From Candidatus Hydrogenedentota bacterium (GTDB taxonomy: Bacteria > Hydrogenedentota > Hydrogenedentia > Hydrogenedentales > SLHB01): 64,000 nucleotides of DNA. The stretch spans positions 32,001 to 96,000 of the forward strand of contig CAXXTH010000009.1 of NCBI GenBank assembly GCA_963668025.2, given 5' to 3'. The notes below the pieces were generated by a model. That model had not been told where the DNA came from, did no database searches, and saw nothing but the letters and a program-made list of their open reading frames with translations. Each line of letters starts with the position of its first letter. Positions within the stretch are counted from its first letter, which is position 1. Below are positions 49,435 through 58,537 of the stretch, piece after piece. The position numbers and the translations under genes were made by a program.

Positions 49435-51969
49435 ATGAGCAGGAATTGGGATATACACGTCATTCCGGCATCTCACTTGGATTATGGCTGGGCCGCCAGT
49501 CCGGGCGAGTGTTTTGCCTATATTTCAGAGGTCATCCGGACCGCCATTGATGATATGGAGTGCGGCCAGTATCCCGAGTTCAAGTTCACGGTCGAATATG
49601 TGATGTTCATGCGGCATTTCTTAGAGGTGTATCCGGAGTATTTGCCGAAAGTGAAACGCCTGTTGCGGGAAGGCCGTTTGGAAGTTTGTTCGACCATGAC
49701 CGGCCCCATCGAGCACTTCATTGATGGGGAGGTATTGATTCACCAGCTTGTTCAATCCAAGAAGTGGGTCCGCGAGCATTTGGATTACGACCCCATTACC
49801 GCCCAGCACACGGATCTTCCTGGCCATGTCACGCAAATCGCCCAAATCCTGCACAAGACGGAGATTAAGCATTTCGCCTATTCGCGCTACCATCCGCCGG
49901 TGCCGCTGCACTGGTGGCGTTCCCCGGATGGAACAAAGATCCTCGCTTGCTGCCACCAGCACGCCCCATACGACCGCGTGTATAAGGGAAGTTGGGAAGG
50001 GTACGGCTTGGGCTGGATGTTGTTCGTCGGAAATACGGACATGGAAGTAGTGTATAACGACTTGCCGGGGGTATTGGAGGTATTTGACGAGGTTTGGCCG
50101 AAGGGCGAAAACGCGATATTGATGGGCTGCGAATCCGACCTTCAGCCCGGCGATCCCACCATGATCGCGCGGCTGGCCCAATGGAATGAACGGCATCCGG
50201 AAGCGCCTATTCATCCCAGCACAATCACGCAATTTTTTAAGGCCATCAAAGGGGAGAATCTGCCCACGTACTCTGGTGAAGCGCCGTATTCTTTCTTCGC
50301 CATCACCGCCGTGGACCCCGACACTTCCTTGGAGGTGCGCAAAGGCAACTGTGCGATCGTGAGTGCCGAAAAATGGTCTTGTTTCGCCCAGCAGCTTGGC
50401 TTGGGCCGCGCCCAGCGCGAACGCCTCAACCGCGCCCGCGAGAGCTTCTATTTGCCCCACGACCACAACTTCAACGGGCGCCGCGGTGAAGTGAATGATC
50501 CCGAGCGCCATAAGGATGCGTGGAACGCCCGGCTCGAAGGCGAATCCATTCTGCAAGAAAACGCCATGAAGCTCATGGTGCATATCAATTTCAAGCAATT
50601 GAAAGAGGGTGTGTACCCCATCACCGTATTCAATAGTCTTTCCTGGAATCACACGGACATCGTGGAGACCTATGTTGAAGTCCCCATGAAAAAGATCAAG
50701 AGCCTCAACATGACCGACGCCAAAGGCAAGCCGGTGGCCTCGCAGATCACGTTCCGGGAGGAAAAGTGGGGCTTCTCGCGCATCGGGTTCGTGTTTGTCG
50801 CGCCGGAGGTTCCCGCCCACGGCTACACCACGTTCTATCTCCGCCCGTCCCAAGATCCGGAAGCCATCGAGACGAGCTTGAAATCCGGCAAGGACAGCGT
50901 GTCCAGCCGGTATTTCACCATCAAGTATAAAGACCACTTCATATCGAGCGTCCAATGGAGCGGACGCGAATTGGTGCGCAAGACGGACCGGCATTTCAAC
51001 GAAATCTATATGCTCGAAGCGCCGTTGTGCAATGTCGAGGCCGCGCCGTGGCAGAACGGTGAGACGTATACCGGCAAAGCCTGGAACTGCGCCATGTCCA
51101 AGACCGAGGTGCTCGAGGAAGGCCCGGTGCGCACCGTGCTCCGTTTTACGGGCCGTTTGCAAGGCACGAAGTTCCAGCAATATGTCACGCTGTATGACAC
51201 CCTGGAGCGGATCGATTTCCACCACACGGTGGATTACAAGCCCAAAGACACCGCCCATGTGCGCGTGAGTTATCCATTGGCGGTGCCGAAAGCGGAAGCC
51301 ACCTATGAGTCGGTGTACGCGGCGGTGGCGTTGGATAAAGAAGAGATGGAATACACTTTCCGCGGTGAGGGCGAACGTTGGGTGCAGAAGTGGGTGGATC
51401 TGTCGAATGAGGCGTTCGGCGTGATGCTCGCGACGCGCCATACGGCGGTCCGCATCGACGCCGAGACCATCGAGCCTATTCTGCTGCGCACCACCTTCGA
51501 TTGCGGCACCATTTTCCACCATGCCAATCAAGACAAGGTGTACGAGTTCGATTACAGCCTTTCGCCGCATGAAGGGAACTGGAAGAAGAGCGCGGCGCAC
51601 CGTGCCGGGTGGGAATGGAATTATCCGCTCCAGCCGTGCAACTGGACGCCTTGTTTCCCCATCAAGCCACTGCGCTTGAGCAAAAAACTTCCGGAGGCCG
51701 ATTCCTTCCTGCAAGTGAACCGCAACAATGTGGTGGTGGCGGCGGTTGCACCCAGCACTCTGCAAGAAGGGGCCTATGTGGTGCGTGTGGTCGAGTACCA
51801 CCAGCGCGCCGGCTCCGTGACGCTTACGTTCCCAAAACCTGTGAAACAGGCCGAAGAAGTGAATTTCTTGGAGAATGTGACCGGCCCAGTGGAAGTGCAA
51901 GGAAGGAAAGTGGTGTTCAATGTGAATGCCGCAGGAATCCACTCGATTCGTGTGCTGCTGGAGGACTAA
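49435..51969 (+). CDS. Glycoside hydrolase family 38 (alpha-mannosidase-like)
   Basis: SHLDYGW zinc motif, TDLPGH nucleophile region, WRSPDG, VFNSLSW, EVPAHGY, EGPVR. Confidence 0.88.
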   Translation: MSRNWDIHVIPASHLDYGWAASPGECFAYISEVIRTAIDDMECGQYPEFKFTVEYVMFMRHFLEVYPEYLPKVKRLLREGRLEVCSTMTGPIEHFIDGEVLIHQLVQSKKWVREHLDYDPITAQHTDLPGHVTQIAQILHKTEIKHFAYSRYHPPVPLHWWRSPDGTKILACCHQHAPYDRVYKGSWEGYGLGWMLFVGNTDMEVVYNDLPGVLEVFDEVWPKGENAILMGCESDLQPGDPTMIARLAQWNERHPEAPIHPSTITQFFKAIKGENLPTYSGEAPYSFFAITAVDPDTSLEVRKGNCAIVSAEKWSCFAQQLGLGRAQRERLNRARESFYLPHDHNFNGRRGEVNDPERHKDAWNARLEGESILQENAMKLMVHINFKQLKEGVYPITVFNSLSWNHTDIVETYVEVPMKKIKSLNMTDAKGKPVASQITFREEKWGFSRIGFVFVAPEVPAHGYTTFYLRPSQDPEAIETSLKSGKDSVSSRYFTIKYKDHFISSVQWSGRELVRKTDRHFNEIYMLEAPLCNVEAAPWQNGETYTGKAWNCAMSKTEVLEEGPVRTVLRFTGRLQGTKFQQYVTLYDTLERIDFHHTVDYKPKDTAHVRVSYPLAVPKAEATYESVYAAVALDKEEMEYTFRGEGERWVQKWVDLSNEAFGVMLATRHTAVRIDAETIEPILLRTTFDCGTIFHHANQDKVYEFDYSLSPHEGNWKKSAAHRAGWEWNYPLQPCNWTPCFPIKPLRLSKKLPEADSFLQVNRNNVVVAAVAPSTLQEGAYVVRVVEYHQRAGSVTLTFPKPVKQAEEVNFLENVTGPVEVQGRKVVFNVNAAGIHSIRVLLED

Positions 51970-52006
51970 ACCCATATAACAACCTTGGAATAGGAGGTGC
52001 GCCATC

Positions 52007-54310
52007 GTGAGCCTAAAGAACCATGCCTTATTATGCGCGGCGGTGTTGTGCGCAGCCGTTTGCCATGCGGAAGAAAAACCGCAGACGACGAATATTTCTG
52101 GAGGCCGGCTGCTGCCTTATGAGATTTTACCGCTGGCGGGGGATTGGGAAGGCGACGGCTATCTCTGGGGCGGGCTGGACGGTTCGGTCTCGCTGGCCGA
52201 TGACATGGCCGCCGTCTTGGTGCAAGGCGTGGGGAAGCAGAAAGACGTGGAAGCGGCTCTTACCCAGGATTTTTCTGTAGGGGGCGTTCAAGTGTCTATC
52301 GGCATGCGCCGCAATGAACGGCAGGCGAAAACCTGCCATATATATTGGGATGGCGCGTTGCTGGCCACCTGCCATCCGAACGCGCCCGGCGAAGGCATTG
52401 ATAAACCAGAGCGTGTATCCTGCGAAAAAGGCGCGTTCAACTTCGCGCCCGGCAAGCACACGCTCCGGTTTGAAGTCGCGGAGGCATCGGATAAAGGCGC
52501 GGATAATTTTCAAGTGGATGCGATACGTATCGAGGCGCTTCCCATGAACGAGAACGTGGAATTGATCGCACTCGAAGGCATGTCGTTAGTGGCGGAATCC
52601 AAGTCTGCCCTCGTGGCCGCCGCTATCCAGCATTTCCAGAAACGTCTTGTGGCCTTAGGCGGCAAAGCGCTTCCTGTGGCCGGTCAAGCGAACAGACCGT
52701 CGCTGGTCGTGGGCGGTTCCGTGCCAGCGGACGCCCAAGCCCAGGAAGCGCTGCTGCCTTTCCAGCGGGAAGAAAGCTTCTATCTTGCGCTCGATAGCGG
52801 AAATCTGATTGCGTCTGGTCTTGGCGAGATGGGCGCGGTGTACGCCCTTTCTGATATCGAGACGCGCCTGCGCATCGTGGATGGCAAGCTGTTTGTAGTC
52901 GCGCCCGCCTGGACGGATGCAAATGGCGTCAAGACATTTTTCAGCAAACCCGCGTTCGAGATGCGTGGCGAGTACATCAACGTGGGGTATAACGAAAAAG
53001 GCATAACCCCCCACGAATGGACGCGCGAGCAATGGAACTACTATGTGGATCAACTGGTGCTGGCGAAGCTGAACCGCTTGTGTTTCTACATTTGGGTGGA
53101 CACATACACGATGTATCCCGGTTCGGAATTGTCGAAAAATCCGCTGAACCGCAAGATACATGAAGACTGGCAGTATGTGATTGACTATGCCCACCAGCGC
53201 GGGCTTAAAGTCACCTACATGATTTGCGGTACGATGATCCCCCGCGATCTTTGGCTCGCCCACCCTGAATACAAAGCAGACATTGTGTATACGGAGCACG
53301 GCTTTACCGCCGTATGCCCGAATGCGCCAGGCTCGTGGGAGTTGTGCCTGGATGTCTGGAAGTCTGAAATGGCGTGGTTCAGTAAAGCCGACACCCTTCA
53401 AATCTGGTATTACGATCCTGGCGGCTGCTGGTGCGAAAAATATGGTTGCAAGGAGCATCAGGTCGAGAGCCTCATCCAGCAGACCATCGATCTCAGTGGC
53501 TTCTTTTGGGAGTTGAATCCCCAGGCGGATATCGAGGCCAACACATGGCCCATGTGGCTATGGGAAGAAGAAAAAGATATCAAATATAAAAAGGCCTTCA
53601 GCCAGGAACTCAAGAAAGCCTTTGGCGAAAAGGCAAACCGTTTACGGGTGATCGGTGCGCCGGATGTGCCCGCCTGCATGCCGCTTGAAGCGCGCGAGGA
53701 AGGATTGGATACGGGCATTTTCCTCTTTGGAGTGAATCCCGAGATGGGATATGTATTCACTGTGCCAACCGTCAACTTCAGCAAAGTATGGATAAACGAG
53801 ATCTACAAGAACGGCTTCCTAAAAACGTTCTCACACCGCCTCGAGGCTTGGACGCGGTATCCAGGCACGTTTATCACGGCGGAGTATATGTGGGATCCCT
53901 CCATATCCGAAGAGCAAGCGGCGCGTACGTATGCCGATTGGCAAGCGGCGGACGCTTCACTGGGCTTGCGTTTCGCGGAGCTCATTTTGGCCCTGGATAC
54001 ATTCACGGAAAAAGGAGCTACTGTATCGCAGGGCGTTCGCATGGCTGAACTGAAGAATGAGATTTTTCCCCAGCTTCCTGCCGTGACGCAGCAGGAACTC
54101 GAGTATTGGCCCGCCATGATCGATGCGTTAGGCGTGATTGCGGCCTCGGTGGATGTTCAGTCTGGGTATGAGCTCCAGCTCCTAAGCAGACAATTCATCC
54201 AATGCCTTAAAGAATCCAGCACGCTGGCGTATCTGGCGGATAATGGAAAAGCCAAGTTCATGACGTACCGGAAGCTTCTGTCGTTAGGCCAGCAAAAGGG
54301 AAGGTTTTAG
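52007..54310 (+). CDS. Exported hypothetical protein, possible glycoside hydrolase (GH20/GH67-like N-domain plus barrel)
   Basis: Signal peptide; ESFYL...GAVYAL...PAFEMRG...KLN pattern; in the GH38 operon. Confidence 0.55.
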   Translation: MSLKNHALLCAAVLCAAVCHAEEKPQTTNISGGRLLPYEILPLAGDWEGDGYLWGGLDGSVSLADDMAAVLVQGVGKQKDVEAALTQDFSVGGVQVSIGMRRNERQAKTCHIYWDGALLATCHPNAPGEGIDKPERVSCEKGAFNFAPGKHTLRFEVAEASDKGADNFQVDAIRIEALPMNENVELIALEGMSLVAESKSALVAAAIQHFQKRLVALGGKALPVAGQANRPSLVVGGSVPADAQAQEALLPFQREESFYLALDSGNLIASGLGEMGAVYALSDIETRLRIVDGKLFVVAPAWTDANGVKTFFSKPAFEMRGEYINVGYNEKGITPHEWTREQWNYYVDQLVLAKLNRLCFYIWVDTYTMYPGSELSKNPLNRKIHEDWQYVIDYAHQRGLKVTYMICGTMIPRDLWLAHPEYKADIVYTEHGFTAVCPNAPGSWELCLDVWKSEMAWFSKADTLQIWYYDPGGCWCEKYGCKEHQVESLIQQTIDLSGFFWELNPQADIEANTWPMWLWEEEKDIKYKKAFSQELKKAFGEKANRLRVIGAPDVPACMPLEAREEGLDTGIFLFGVNPEMGYVFTVPTVNFSKVWINEIYKNGFLKTFSHRLEAWTRYPGTFITAEYMWDPSISEEQAARTYADWQAADASLGLRFAELILALDTFTEKGATVSQGVRMAELKNEIFPQLPAVTQQELEYWPAMIDALGVIAASVDVQSGYELQLLSRQFIQCLKESSTLAYLADNGKAKFMTYRKLLSLGQQKGRF

Positions 54311-54317
54311 CGCACTC

Positions 54318-56621
54318 GTGGATATGCCATTGAAACGAACACGCCATCGGGCGCATGGGATACGCATCTGGGCGGCGGTATGCTGCGCGCTGGCGGTTTT
54401 CTGTTTGAGCCATTCCGCCTGGGCCCAGCGTAAAGAGCTGGTGTTTTGGCATTGCGTGCCGGGAACCATGGGCAAGACATTCATCGAGATCGCCAATGGT
54501 TTTAATGACGCCCAAAGCGAATACCATGTGAACTTAATATATGTTCCATGGAACAGCAACCAGAAAGTCATGAGCGCTTGGGCGGCCAAAATGCCCCCCG
54601 ATATCATGTATGTGGATCGGCCCACCTCCACGGGCTGGATCGCCCGCGATGCGTATAAAGACCTGACGCCATGGGTCGAGCGCGAAGGCTGGTCCACCGA
54701 GCAGTTTTATACGATCTCGTGGAACGACTGCCGGTTCCAAGGCCGGCAATACATGATCCCGCTCCTGAGCGATATCCGCTGCCTGATCTACAATCGGAAA
54801 TTGTTCCGCGAAGTGGGGTTGGATCCGGATAAGCCGCCGAAGACTTGGGATGAACTGTATGATTACTCCAAGAAATTGACAACTTGGGAGGAAAACGGCC
54901 GGATTAAAACGCTGGGTTTCCAGCATTACGAAAGCTCGGCCATCTCGAACCTGATCCTGGTGCTGGGCTGGCAATTGGGCGGCGACCTCGCGAGCGCGGA
55001 CCTCAACACCATTACCATTAACAGTCCACAGTATCTTGAAGCGATGAACTTCATTCTCAAGTTGCAAGAGAGTTCGGGGGGCCTCGATAACAGCTTGCGC
55101 CTGCTGAGCAGCGGCGGCCAGTCCGCCGAGGGCATGGATTCGTTTTACCTGGACCGGGTCGGCATGAAGCTGGTGGAGAGTTTTTATTTCCAACGGCAGA
55201 AGATGATCGCGCCGAACATGGACACTGCGCTTGCCCCCTTCCCGACGCCGGGCGACACACTGCCTGTGTCGTGGCTGTCGGGATTTTCGCTGGGCATCCC
55301 CCGCGACGCCAAAGATCCCGAGGGGGCGTGGGCGTTCATCAAGTACATGGTGTCGCCGGAGATTCAGCTTCGCCTGTGCAAGGCCCTCGGGATTCTGCCC
55401 GCCATTCGGGAAGTCGGACGCCATCCAGACCTGTACAATGATCCGAACCGGCGCCCGTTGCTCGACCAAATGGATTACAGCAAATGTTATCCCAAGACCC
55501 CGGTGAATAATGAGGCCTATAACGAGATCTGCATGGCTGCCGAGCGGGTGATGCGCGGCCGCGCCACCCCCGAGGCCGCCTTGGCGGAAGCCCAGCGGAG
55601 AGTGCAAGAATTGCTCGATGCGGATCGGGCGCGGGCGGCGCTGCCCTATGTGAACTGGAAGCCCATTTATATCACGGGCATCGGGATATCGCTTCTCAGC
55701 CTTGCCGCGTTCGGATACCTTGGTGTGCGGTGCGTGCGGCAGAGAAGAGCGACTCTTCATGACTTGGCCGCGGGATATTTGTTTGCATCGCCTTGGCTGC
55801 TGGGCCTGCTGATCTTCGGCATTGTCCCGCTCTTCCTCTCGTTCTTCTACAGCTTCTGTGATTATGAAGTCATCCAGCCCGCCCACTGGGCAGGCGGCAG
55901 CAATTACGCCAAAATGTTTTCCAGCGATCCCCTTTTCTGGAAGTCGTTATGGAACACCCTGTATTACACGGTGTTTTCCGTGCCGCTCAGCATGGCCATC
56001 GCGCTTGCCCTCGCCCTGCTGCTCAACCAGCCTCTAAAGGGCATGCGGTTTTTCCGGACGGCGTTCTATCTGCCGTCGCTCATCACCGGAGTCGCCGTGG
56101 CGGTGTTGTGGAGCATGATCCTCGGGCCGGAATACGGCATCGTGAACCGCGTCCTAGAATACTTCGGCATTCCAGGGCCGTTGTGGTTCCAAAGCCCCCT
56201 ATGGTCGAAACCGGCCCTCGTCTTCATGAGCCTGTGGGGCATTGGCGGCAGCATGATCATCTTTCTCGCCGGTTTGCAAGGCGTCCCCCGGCAGCTCTAC
56301 GAGGCGGCGCAGCTCGATGGCGCGAATGCGTGGGGCCAGTTCCGCCATGTAACCGTGCCGCTTATCACGCCTACTATTTTCTTCGTCCTCATAGTGGGCG
56401 TCATCGGTTCGTTCCAAGTGTTCACGCAAGCGTTTGTCGTGTCTGGCGGCCTAGGCGGCCCCTTGGACTCCACGTTGTTTTATGTGTTCTATATCTATCG
56501 AAAGGCATTTGAGCAGTTCCAGATGGGATATGCTTCGGCCTTGGCGTGGGTGTTGTTCGTGGTGGTCTTTATCCTTACAGCCATCCAGCTCTGGCTGGGA
56601 AAAAAATGGGTGCATTACTGA
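54318..56621 (+). CDS. Fused sugar ABC substrate-binding protein and permease
   Basis: N-terminal CUT1-type SBP (LIYNRKLF...PPKTWDEL) in frame with a permease carrying the EAA loop LYEAAQLDGA. Confidence 0.92.
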   Translation: MDMPLKRTRHRAHGIRIWAAVCCALAVFCLSHSAWAQRKELVFWHCVPGTMGKTFIEIANGFNDAQSEYHVNLIYVPWNSNQKVMSAWAAKMPPDIMYVDRPTSTGWIARDAYKDLTPWVEREGWSTEQFYTISWNDCRFQGRQYMIPLLSDIRCLIYNRKLFREVGLDPDKPPKTWDELYDYSKKLTTWEENGRIKTLGFQHYESSAISNLILVLGWQLGGDLASADLNTITINSPQYLEAMNFILKLQESSGGLDNSLRLLSSGGQSAEGMDSFYLDRVGMKLVESFYFQRQKMIAPNMDTALAPFPTPGDTLPVSWLSGFSLGIPRDAKDPEGAWAFIKYMVSPEIQLRLCKALGILPAIREVGRHPDLYNDPNRRPLLDQMDYSKCYPKTPVNNEAYNEICMAAERVMRGRATPEAALAEAQRRVQELLDADRARAALPYVNWKPIYITGIGISLLSLAAFGYLGVRCVRQRRATLHDLAAGYLFASPWLLGLLIFGIVPLFLSFFYSFCDYEVIQPAHWAGGSNYAKMFSSDPLFWKSLWNTLYYTVFSVPLSMAIALALALLLNQPLKGMRFFRTAFYLPSLITGVAVAVLWSMILGPEYGIVNRVLEYFGIPGPLWFQSPLWSKPALVFMSLWGIGGSMIIFLAGLQGVPRQLYEAAQLDGANAWGQFRHVTVPLITPTIFFVLIVGVIGSFQVFTQAFVVSGGLGGPLDSTLFYVFYIYRKAFEQFQMGYASALAWVLFVVVFILTAIQLWLGKKWVHY

Positions 56622-57478
56622 TGCTCAAACGGCTCATACAATCAGAAGGCCAGATCGCCACGGGCAAATTGCTGTTTTGCTACGCCCTGTTGATCGGCGC
56701 AAGCGCTTTGTTCCTCATACCGCTGCTCTGGACGTTAAGCGTCTCGCTTACGCCCAAAGGACAGGTCATTCTCGGGACCTTCAATTGGATTCCGGATCCT
56801 ATCGCATGGGAGAACTACTATCTCGCCGTGACGAACATGCCGTTTATGCTGTATCTGTACAACACCCTCGTCATCACGGTCTTGAGCATCATCGGCGTGG
56901 TTTTTTCCTGCACGGCCGTGGCGTATGCGTTTGGCTGCCTGCAATGGCCTGGCCGCGACACCCTTTTCGTGGTCATGCTGGCGACCATGATGATACCGCC
57001 GCAGGTGCTAATGATACCGGTGTTCATCTTGTTTTGCCGCCTCGGCTGGTATGACTCCTTCAAGCCTCTCATCGTGCCCGCGTTCATTGGCGGAAACGCC
57101 TTTTTCATTTTCCTGCTGCGCCAGTTCTACAAGACCCTTCCCACCGCCTTATTCGATTCGGCCCGCATTGACGGCTGTTCTGTTTTTGGCATCTATTGGC
57201 GCATTGTCCTGCCGCTGACCAAGTCCGCCCTTGCGGCGGTCGTCATTTTCACGTTGAATGGCGTCTGGAACGATTTCCTCGGGCCGTTAATCTATATCAA
57301 TAGTGAAGCCAAGAAGACCCTGGCGCTCGGCGTTCAGGCGTTTAGCGCCCAAAGCGGCGCGGAGGCCAGCGAGATGATGGCCGTGTCCACGCTCATGATC
57401 TTGCCGCTTCTCCTTGTCTTTTTCCTCGGGCAACGCTATTTCATTGAAGGCATCACCTTGACTGGGTTGAAGGGATAG
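56621..57478 (+). CDS. Carbohydrate ABC transporter permease
   Basis: FLLRQFY, DSARIDGC, WNDFLGPLI, QRYFIEG; TGATG coupling with the upstream gene. Confidence 0.94.
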   Translation: MLKRLIQSEGQIATGKLLFCYALLIGASALFLIPLLWTLSVSLTPKGQVILGTFNWIPDPIAWENYYLAVTNMPFMLYLYNTLVITVLSIIGVVFSCTAVAYAFGCLQWPGRDTLFVVMLATMMIPPQVLMIPVFILFCRLGWYDSFKPLIVPAFIGGNAFFIFLLRQFYKTLPTALFDSARIDGCSVFGIYWRIVLPLTKSALAAVVIFTLNGVWNDFLGPLIYINSEAKKTLALGVQAFSAQSGAEASEMMAVSTLMILPLLLVFFLGQRYFIEGITLTGLKG

Positions 57479-57575
57479 TGAAAGCACGCATACAACATGG
57501 AAGGTAACGTCCGTCCAGAACATGAACCAAAAGACCGATACGCAATCAGCGGCTATCTTCGCATTTCGCATGGCG

Positions 57576-58511
57576 TTAGGACACGCTGACATTGGGCGCG
57601 CCAAGCGCCCGTAGTTTTACCGCCACCGCTTCGGTCTCTTCCCGCAACAACTCAGCGCCCACTGGAACTCTCTCGGAAATACCCAGCCAGGTCCGCTTCG
57701 AGTTTCCCAGCCCATGATGTCCCATGACATGCACTCCGATGCAATTGCGGAGTGATTTCGCGGTTTGCACGATTCCATTGATGTGGTCTTCCCTTAGGTT
57801 AAACCCCGGAATGATTGGACAGCGCAACATGATCGCCGCGCCCTGTTCATCAAGGAAATGCAGGTTGTTCAGGATAAGGCCGTTGGGCAGTCCCGTGAAT
57901 TGCACATGCTTTTCGGGATCGGTTTCCTTGTAGTCGAAGAGAAACAGGTCTACAAACGGGAGAATCGACTCGAACTGACTCGCCGGAGCATGCCCGCACG
58001 TCTCCAGGCAGGTGTGAAGGCCGTGGGCGCGTCCGCCCTTGAGGAGGTTGAGCGTAAACTCGAACTGAAAGAGCGGTTCGCCTCCACTAATAGTCATGCC
58101 GCCGCCGGATTCCTCGTAGAAAGGAATATCCTTGATTACCTCGCCTAACGCTTCCCCGACCGTTTGTTCACTGCCAATCGCCTCGAGAGCGCCTGAGTAG
58201 CATTTCTCCGTACACGCAAGGCATTCCAAACAGCGGTCACGTAATAATAGGTGTGCTTCTCCCTCCATCACATGGGCGCCGCGTGGGCACGTCCGGAAGC
58301 AGAAGCCGCACCCAATGCAGAGCGTTGGCGTGAAAGCCAGTTGCGGCTTCCCGGCGTATCCCTCGGGATTGTGGCACCAGGCGCACGAAAGCGGGCATCC
58401 CTTCATGAACACGGTCGTCCGGATGCCGGGGCCGTCATGGATGCACATTCGTTGAATATCGAACACCATTCCCTTGATGGATGTATTGTACTGGAGGCCA
58501 GTCTTGGTCAT
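57576..58511 (-). CDS. Glycyl-radical enzyme activating protein (radical SAM with ferredoxin insert)
   Basis: HDGPGIRTTVFMKGCPLSCAWCHNPE; CIGCGFCFRTC and CLECLACTEKC; SGGEP. Confidence 0.95.
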   Translation of the reverse strand: MTKTGLQYNTSIKGMVFDIQRMCIHDGPGIRTTVFMKGCPLSCAWCHNPEGYAGKPQLAFTPTLCIGCGFCFRTCPRGAHVMEGEAHLLLRDRCLECLACTEKCYSGALEAIGSEQTVGEALGEVIKDIPFYEESGGGMTISGGEPLFQFEFTLNLLKGGRAHGLHTCLETCGHAPASQFESILPFVDLFLFDYKETDPEKHVQFTGLPNGLILNNLHFLDEQGAAIMLRCPIIPGFNLREDHINGIVQTAKSLRNCIGVHVMGHHGLGNSKRTWLGISERVPVGAELLREETEAVAVKLRALGAPNVSVS

Positions 58512-58537
58512 GCGTTTTCCTGCCGTAACCCAATGGT

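Noticed and set aside
49621-52005. 794-aa minus-strand ORF (also 54534-55886)
   Set aside because: Antisense shadows of the GH38 and ABC genes with no recognisable motifs.
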